Below, piece by piece: positions 57,160-64,000 of a stretch of DNA of 64,000 bases. Position 1 is the stretch's first letter, and every line of letters starts with the position of its first letter. Position numbers and translations under genes: made by a program. The stretch is from Camelus ferus (lineage: Eukaryota), in contig NC_045701.1 in the NCBI RefSeq assembly GCF_009834535.1, positions 32,488,001 through 32,552,000 of the forward strand, given 5' to 3'. Below the pieces are notes generated by a model. It was given only the letters and a program-made list of their open reading frames with translations. It did no database searches and was not told the DNA's origin.

Positions 57160-57297
57160 NNNNNNNNNNNNNNNNNNNNNNNNNNNNNNNNNNNNNNNNN
57201 NNNNNNNNNNNNNNNNNNNNNNNNNNNNNNNNNNNNNNNNNNNNNNNNNNNNNNNNNNNNNNNNNNNNNNNNNNNNNNNNNNNNNNNNNNNNNNNNN
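57160..57297. other. Assembly gap (138 N)
   Basis: Run of N inside the L1. Confidence 1.
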
Positions 57298-57590
57298 ATG
57301 AACATTGAGGTGCATGTATCTCTTTGAATTAGTCTTTGTCTTTTCTGCATATATACCCAGGAGGGGGATTGCTGGATCATATGGTAAATCTATTTTTAGT
57401 TTTTTAAGAAACCTCCATACTATTTTCCATAGTGGCTGTACCAATTTACATTCGCACCAACAGTATAGGAGGGTTTCCTTTTCTCCACAGTCTCTCTAGC
57501 ATTTATTATTTGTAGACTAATATTAAATTTTACTTTTTAAAAAAATTTTATTATTTTTTAAATTGCAGTATTTGTAGATTTTTTTGATGG

Positions 57591-57722
57591 NNNNNNNNNN
57601 NNNNNNNNNNNNNNNNNNNNNNNNNNNNNNNNNNNNNNNNNNNNNNNNNNNNNNNNNNNNNNNNNNNNNNNNNNNNNNNNNNNNNNNNNNNNNNNNNNNN
57701 NNNNNNNNNNNNNNNNNNNNNN
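57591..57722. other. Assembly gap (132 N)
   Basis: Run of N inside the L1. Confidence 1.
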
Positions 57723-58429
57723 TTCTGCCCATTTTTTGATTGAGTTTTTTGTTTTTTTGATATTGAGTTGTAAGAGCTGCCTGTATATTTTGGAAATTAA
57801 GCCCTTGTTGGTTGCATTATTGCAAAACCTCCCAGTCTGTAGGTTGCCTTTTCATTTTGGGGGTTTCCTTTGCTGTGCAAAAGCTTGTAAGTTTGATTAA
57901 GTCCTACCTGTTTATTTTTGCTTTTATTTCTTTTGCCTTAGGAGACTGATCTAAGGAAGTATTGCTAAGATTTATGTCAGATAATGTTTTGCCTATGTTT
58001 TCTTCTAGGAGTTTTATGGTGTCCTGTCTTACATTTAAGTTTTTAAGTCATTTTGAGTTTATTTTTGTGTATGATGTGAAGAGCTGAGTCTTAAAGAGGC
58101 AAAGCATGCCCTGGAGTCGAGGCTGGGAAGGACATTCTAGGCCAGAGAAATGGCTGTGCAAAGGCAGGAGGCATGGGGAAATTCAGGATATTTGTGACTG
58201 CAACCATACAACTTATGCTACACAAAGAAATGTTTGAGACAAACGGCTTTTGTATGCTGAGAAGTATGCTCTGTGCCCAACAAAGCAAAAGTCTGTTTCA
58301 GCCAGGAGAACATTCACAACTGGAAAACAGCCAGGTGAGAAATGCCCACAACCTAAATTGTTCAGGTTTAGGAAATGACTCGGCAAGTCCTCTCACTGCT
58401 TCCTATGAGATCTGACTTACTCCGCATCA

Positions 58430-59165
58430 GTCTGTGACGGCTCCAAGGCCGCCTCCCACGGCTTCTATCTCCACAGCTCACCCTAGGCCCTAGGCTGGGC
58501 GCAAAAGCGGATCAACCGCTACTCGGTGGGATTCGAGGTGGGGGTGGGGGTGGAGAACAAGGTCTAAACTCAGGTCAGGCGCCCAGAAGAGGGCCTGGCG
58601 GTTGTCCCCAGGATGACCCGACCTCCCGGGCTAGTTGAAGCGCCTTTGTTACCAGGCTCACTGCAGGGGAAGCCTGGGGTTTGCTCCCCGCTCATTGGTC
58701 TGCAGAGAAGCGCCTCCGAGGACCCGCTGTTACCGAGGCGAGGACGAGAGCCTATTGGTCAGGACACCTCACAATGGCCCCCCGGCCACGCAGGGTTCTT
58801 CCCATTGGTTCGCTGCCTGCCTCGGGAGACCCCTATTGCCTAGAACACAGGGCCTGCTACTTGGCGCGCCCTGGAACGAGCGCCCCCCGGCTGAGCCCTG
58901 TTCTTCATTGGCTGCTCTGGGGGCCGCTATCTAATGAGGAACGAGGCGCAGAGCCCCCCGGGCACTCTCTCCCTGCAGTAGGATCTAGCCCTGCTGGAGG
59001 GGGACCCGCCCGCGACGGCAGGAGCCAAAGCTGTGCAAAGGCCAGGAGCCCAGCATCTCTGAGGAGGACACCTGTTCTCCGTGGGGACCTGAACTGGATC
59101 GCAGCGCAGGCCTCCCAGCGTGAAGCTCTGCATCTCCGACTTGAAACTCAACCCGGCAACCTCCA
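58430..59165 (+). promoter_or_regulatory. REC8 CpG-island promoter and probable non-coding exon 1
   Basis: ATTGG at 58694, 58754, 58804 and 58907; donor CCA|GTAAGT at 59165/59166; acceptor at 59356 upstream of the ATG. Confidence 0.7.
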
Positions 59166-59437
59166 GTAAGTTCAAAACACCCAGGCATTGCGTGAACCAG
59201 CTCAGGGCTGACGGAGAAGGTGTCCCAACTCCTGTGTATCCAGGCTACATCTCCATTTACTTATTCCCTTAATCATTTATCCACCCATTGTTTATCGGTT
59301 CATTTGTTTGGCATTCTATGGGTCCACCCGCTCTGCTGCATCCTTCTCTCTGTCAGTATTAGGAAATCCCGTGCCCTGAAGGCTTCGTCGGACTGAGATC
59401 CAAGAGCGGTGGAGACAAGTGAAAGCCCAGAGGGACC

Positions 59438-62400
59438 ATGTTCTACTATCCCAACGTGCTCCAGCGCCACACCGGCTGCTTCGCCACCATCTGGTAAGGG
59501 CTGGCCGGGCCAGGGTGGGCAAGCCAGGAGGGACACCCAGGGATCCCAGCTGAAGGGCTCCCCTCTCCATCCTCACCCCACTTCCTCCCTCCAGGCTGGC
59601 AGCCACGCGCGGCAGCCGGTTGGTGAAGCGTGAATACCTGAAGGTGAATGTGGTGAAGACCTGGTAAGGCCCAGGGAAGGGAGGAGCGGCCTGGGGCCAG
59701 GGTGGGTCAGGGGATGGACTGGGCCAGGCCGGGCTGGGCTGTGGGGCTGGTCCTTGACGCAGTGGGTGATCAGGGCGTGCTGTTTCCCCAGCGAGGAAAT
59801 CCTCAATTATGTGCTGGTACGCGTGGAGCCCCCGCTGCCCAGTCTGCCGAGGCCCCGCTTCTCCCTCTATCTGTCAGCCCAACTCCAAATCGGCATCATC
59901 CGGGTCTACTTTCAACAATGCCAGTACCTCGTAGGTAAGGCTGGGAAGGCTTCGAGGCAGGGCAGAGCGGAGGGTCCCTGGCCTGGGCTGGCGCTCTACC
60001 TTACCCTCCCTGCCCGCAGAGGACATCCAGCACATCCTGGAGCGCCTGCACCGGGCCCAGCTGCAGATTCGCATTGATATGGTGGAGACTGAACTGTGAG
60101 TATCCTCTGGGGACTGGAACCACCAGCCTTTGGCAGGGAGCCTTCCTGCTTGACCTCAGCCCATCTTGGCCTCAGTACTTGATAGCTCACATTCTCCCTC
60201 AGACCCAGCCTGCTGCTTCCTAACCACCTGGCCATGATGGAGACTCTGGAAGAAGCTCCAGACCCTTTTTTTGGGATGATGTCTGTGGATCCCAGACTCC
60301 CCAGTCCCTTCAATATCCCTCAGGTAGGTCTCATCCCCTGGGACACCTGATGAGTGGACACTGCAGAGGGGTGTGCTGTTCCTGTGCCAGTTGTTCAGGG
60401 AAGGGCAGGAACCTGCTACAGCTCTGCCCCATAGGAGTTGGCGCAGGGCGACTGTCATGGGGGACCCATCCAGACAAGCCTGCTACACTTCCCTATTCAG
60501 GACCAACCTAGAGGCAGCTCTTGTCGCCACTCTTCTCCATGCTATTCCCACAGTTGAAGCCTTAATCCAGACCCTGGTGTCTCTCAGCACCAGGTTTCCT
60601 TACCCATGTTCTTGTCCATCCATTTCTAATACCACTACAGCTTAGACAGTGTTACCCCCTTTCTTCAAAGACGTTGCCAGTGGTTCCTCACTACAAACAA
60701 AATACTAACATTTAAGGCTCTCCGTGTCCTGGCCCAGAGGGAGCCATCCCCAGACATCCTCTCAGCGCATCCCCTGGGCATCTTTGGCTCCCAAACACCA
60801 GTCTGGCCCCTATGTCCCAAAGATACCACATTTACTTTTCTGTTTGAGCTATTTCCCTAGCCCTTAATGATCACTCCTCATTCTTTTACAGACTTCACTC
60901 AAATGCTACCCTTTCCCATGAAGCCTTTATCCCACTCTTAGCCAGAATCAAATGTTGTTCTGGAACTGAGCACATCACTTGGGTCATGTTTTATCCTTAG
61001 TGTTGACTCTGGCTGGGGTCATATACTATTCGTCTCCCCACTAGACCATACACTCCTTAACATCAAGAACATTTCCTGTTCCCTCTGTCCCCCACAACAC
61101 CTGACATAAGGATGTAGTACTTCTTTCACAGACAAGTTGACACAGACTAGATAATTGGGTGGGGGCAGGAAAAGGAGGAAAGGAAACCAGATAGTGAGTG
61201 GGTTCACTGCATACTAGTGTCAGTGCCACAGAATCGGGCATTTAGGGGTATCACTGTCCACTGTCTGACTAGGGCTATGAAAGCGGGGAATTCGGGGGCT
61301 GAAGCTGAACCCTATCTCTTGTCCCCAATCCCTTCCCAAAGATTCGACACCTCTTAGAGGCTGTGACCCCAGAGAGAGTTCTTGAGGAGATTCCTCCTGA
61401 AGTCCCTACAGAGCCCAGGAAGCCAGGTGAGCAGAGAGAGACATCCTTCTGGTGAGAGGCAAAGAGCCAAGAGCTATAGAAATAACTCCCTTTGAGCTTC
61501 TCTCAGGAGCCAGGCCGTGTGTGTATAACTGCATAACTGTCTCACATGAGTCCTGTGCAACTGGAGTCCTTCCCATTTTACAGATGAGGAAAGTGCAGCC
61601 CATAGTGGTTAAGCAATGTATCCTGGGTCAGCTTGCCAGGGTCTGACTAAGAACCTAGATTGAGCTGACTCCAGAGTCCATGCTTTTGCCTTACCACATG
61701 GGTATGGGAACTCAGAAAGAAGCAGAGGGGCTGGTGTGACTTCCCTGCCCCTGCAGACAGGATTCCGGTCACTGTGGTGTCTCCCGAAGCCATCACGATC
61801 CTGGAGGAGGAACCCATACGTATGCTGCAAATCGAGGTGAGCTGTCCCCCTGCAGAGACCAAGGCCCAGGTCTTGCTTCTGGTGGCCTAGCCCCCTGCAT
61901 CCACTTCTCTCTGCCCCCGGAGTCCTGCCTTCTCTGCCTCCATTCCCCCACCCCTGCCCCTGGCCCCAAGCACCCCTGGGCTCCCTTGGCCCAGCCCGGC
62001 CTTGTGGCATGTGCCTCTCAAACAGAAGTGGAATTGAGCCCCTTCTCCTTTTTCTTCCTCTTCTGACAGGGTGAAAAAGACCTCCCAGAGATCAGCCGCC
62101 GAGACTTGGACCTGCTGATTGCTGAGGAAGACGAAGCCATCTTGTTAGAGGAACGTCGTCGGCTGGGTAGGCCTGTCCGGGAAGGTAGGGCCTACCCAGC
62201 GCTGGATGGTCAGGCCTCCGCACAGGCAGTCTGGGCCTGGGCCATGCTCCCATCTCTTCTCTTCTGTGTTCTGAGCCCTGATCCTCTCTCTGCAGAGGCC
62301 AAGGAGGAGCTCCGGGCCCCAGAGGAGGAGATCGCAGTTCCCCCACCCTCACCTCTAGCTCTTGCAGAGTAAGGGCAGGAACCCCCAGACCAGGTACGGG

Positions 62401-64000
62401 TCACTGCTGGGAGGGGGAGTGTCTTCATTTTGCTTGCCCACTTCCCCTCAGGGTACTTCCAGGCCGGGTCCCGGTCCCCGAGGAGCCGAAGCTGCCAGTC
62501 TGGGAGCCCAGGGCCCCACTTCCTGGTGAGTATCCGCTATGCCTGGGTCCTTCCTGGGGGTCCAACTTGCTGAAGAAAGGACCCTCTAGCTTCTTGACTG
62601 GGTGGCTTTGAGAGTAAAGGCTGCGGGGCAGAGCCAGGACCTTGAGTGTTGTTGCAGAGGTGACCCCCCCGCTGGAGCTGCGTCTGCCAGCCCCACCAAG
62701 CCCAGAGGTGAGTACCCTTCCAAGCTGCCTTCTCTTGGCCCTCCCCTCCCAGAGCTGCTCACCGATTTTTAGTTTCCCTAAGCCCAAGGCCACCACTAGC
62801 TTCCACAGGCCTTTATGCCAATGAGCAAAAGGTGCCCCTGCCCATGCCCCATTCTATCCAGCTTGCACTTCCCAGATGGACACCTCATTCAGGGCGGGAG
62901 CTGCACCCGCTCCCGGAGGCCCCACCCAAGCCCTCTCCCAGGGCACCTCTAGGGGCGGGAGTGTGGGGCCTGTTTGCAGTCCACAAGAACGACAGGAAAA
63001 GGAGTAAAGGGTAGCCTTGCCCCTGCCTCCCCTCCTCATTCAGCGGAGGAGGCCCCCAGGCCCCCCACCTCCGGGGGCCCCACCTGCTCGCCGCCGCCGC
63101 CGCCAGCTGTTATTCTGGGACAAGGAGACCCAGATCTCCCGGGAGAAATTCCAGGAACAACTGCAAACCAGAGCCCACTGCTGGGAGTGTGTGAGTGTAG
63201 CCCAGGCTCAGGGGGGACAGAGGGAGGCAAGTGCACGCTGGGCCTTCTAAAGTCTCCAAAGTGCACATGGTGGGGGTTTGCCCACACACCACTTTGTGAC
63301 CCTGCCTGTCACATCCAAGGGACCGGCTGAGTCGTCCCTTTAGCAATAAGCAGAGTGGGCAGGGACAGGAGCCTGAGAATTGGAAGGCCAAAGGCCTTGG
63401 AACAAGACTTTGCAGGTGAGGAAGGGGCAATGGCTCCTTCCTAACTGGGCTTCCGGCCTTCCCCACCACGTAGCCGAAGGTGCAGCCTCCTGAGAGGATG
63501 ATCACAAGCCCTGCCGAGCTGTTCCGAACCCCGACTCACCGTGAGGAGTGGTGGGAGCTGGTGTGTGGGATCCTCTGAACCCATGTTCCTCGCTGTTGGT
63601 GTTCCTCACGCCTCAAACCCTCTCCCTGCTGCCTGCTACCCTCAGCTGCCCCGCTGCCCCCAGAGCTGCTGGCTTTCTGGACCCACTCTGCCCAGCCACC
63701 CCCGACAGCACTCAGGCGAAGGCCGCCCAAGGAGGCCGAAGAGGAGGCCGCAGCCGAGGAGGAAAGGAGAAAGGCTGAAACTCCAAGTGATATTGAGGTA
63801 ACTGTATCTTCACTCCTTCCCGAAAAGACCATCTGCTCTGCCCGGCTCCAGGGCTGCTGCTTCTTTCCACGCGAGCACCAGGACTGAGCAGGGCTGCTCG
63901 AACCCCGCCCCCCATGCTCATGGAAGCTTGGGGTCTTAGTTCTCTTTCTTTCATCCCCAGGCCCTGAGGGAGGCCCTGGAGCCCAGTGGGCCCCTCATGG
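59438..64000 (+). CDS. REC8: Meiotic cohesin kleisin REC8, 3'-partial
   Basis: Exons 59438-59493, 59595-59663, 59792-59934, 60020-60095, 60203-60323, 61342-61426, 61757-61836, 62070-62184, 62296-62368, 62452-62525, 62658-62707, 63044-63190, 63474-63540, 63646-63797, 63961 to window end; phases consistent. MFYYPNVLQRHTGCFATIWLAAT, RFSLYLSAQLQIG, RRRRRQLLFWDKETQIS. The 62070-62525 exons are less certain. Confidence 0.95.
60520..61110 (+). mobile_element. L2 LINE remnant, REC8 intron
   Basis: ccagtggttcctcactacaaacaaaatactaac...cagacttcactcaaatgctacc...gtctcccca ctagaccatacactcctt...cacaacacctgacataagg; boundaries approximate. Confidence 0.6.

Larger units (their letters stand above)
56494..58080 (-). 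mobile_element. 5'-truncated L1 (~1.6 kb) between IRF9 and REC8
   Basis: poly-T, L1 3' UTR and ORF2 C-terminal remnants (translated [31 protein letters not shown]); degenerate TSD aag(t/a)gctgagt(t/c)tt at 56483-56496 and 58079-58092; interrupted by two N gaps. Confidence 0.9.

Noticed and set aside
57500-57580. AT-rich ~50-bp insert with duplicated TATTTGTAGA inside the L1
   Set aside because: Most simply a poly(A)-type micro-insertion or slippage next to an assembly gap; too little information to interpret.
58560-58577. Retinoic-acid response element in the REC8 promoter
   Set aside because: AGGTCT-n6-AGGTCA has a 6-nt spacer, not DR1/2/5, and one half-site is imperfect.
1-64000. Most ORFs in the six-frame track (60-298 aa) as independent genes
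   Set aside because: They are exon fragments running into introns, antisense shadows of GC-rich coding exons (e.g. 25846-26490, 46237-47133, 28845-29414), or repeat-derived; none shows a recognisable protein beyond the nine genes.

Overview
Mammalian genomic DNA containing the conserved PCK2-DCAF11-FITM1-PSME1-EMC9-PSME2-RNF31-IRF9-REC8 block (orthologous to human 14q11.2-q12). The tRNA-derived SINE family present, and the absence of recognisable Alu, B1/B2, Bov-tA or PRE-1 elements, point to a camelid; that assignment is inference. I spliced nine intron-containing genes by hand and checked phases. Seven give complete reading frames of the expected length: PCK2 640 aa, DCAF11 546 aa, FITM1 292 aa, PSME1 249 aa, PSME2 239 aa, RNF31 1072 aa, IRF9 414 aa. 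EMC9 lacks one ~70-nt exon that most likely sits in an N gap, and REC8 runs off the right end. Intergenic and intronic DNA holds camelid-type SINEs, L1 3' ends, L2/MIR, DNA-transposon MITEs and an ERV1-type solo LTR. The gene content is well known and I found no new multi-gene system. The most unusual items are (i) a ~200-bp degenerate telomeric (CCCTAA)n tract with an A-rich tail inside an L1 3' UTR, (ii) linked IRF/STAT/NF-kB motifs across PSME1, PSME2, RNF31, IRF9 and possibly REC8, (iii) a hairpin in the last PSME2 intron, (iv) a GC-AG intron in PSME1, (v) opposed or palindromic poly(A) signals, and (vi) two perfect 31-33-bp tandem duplications. Comparisons with human and mouse sequences are from memory and were not computed.
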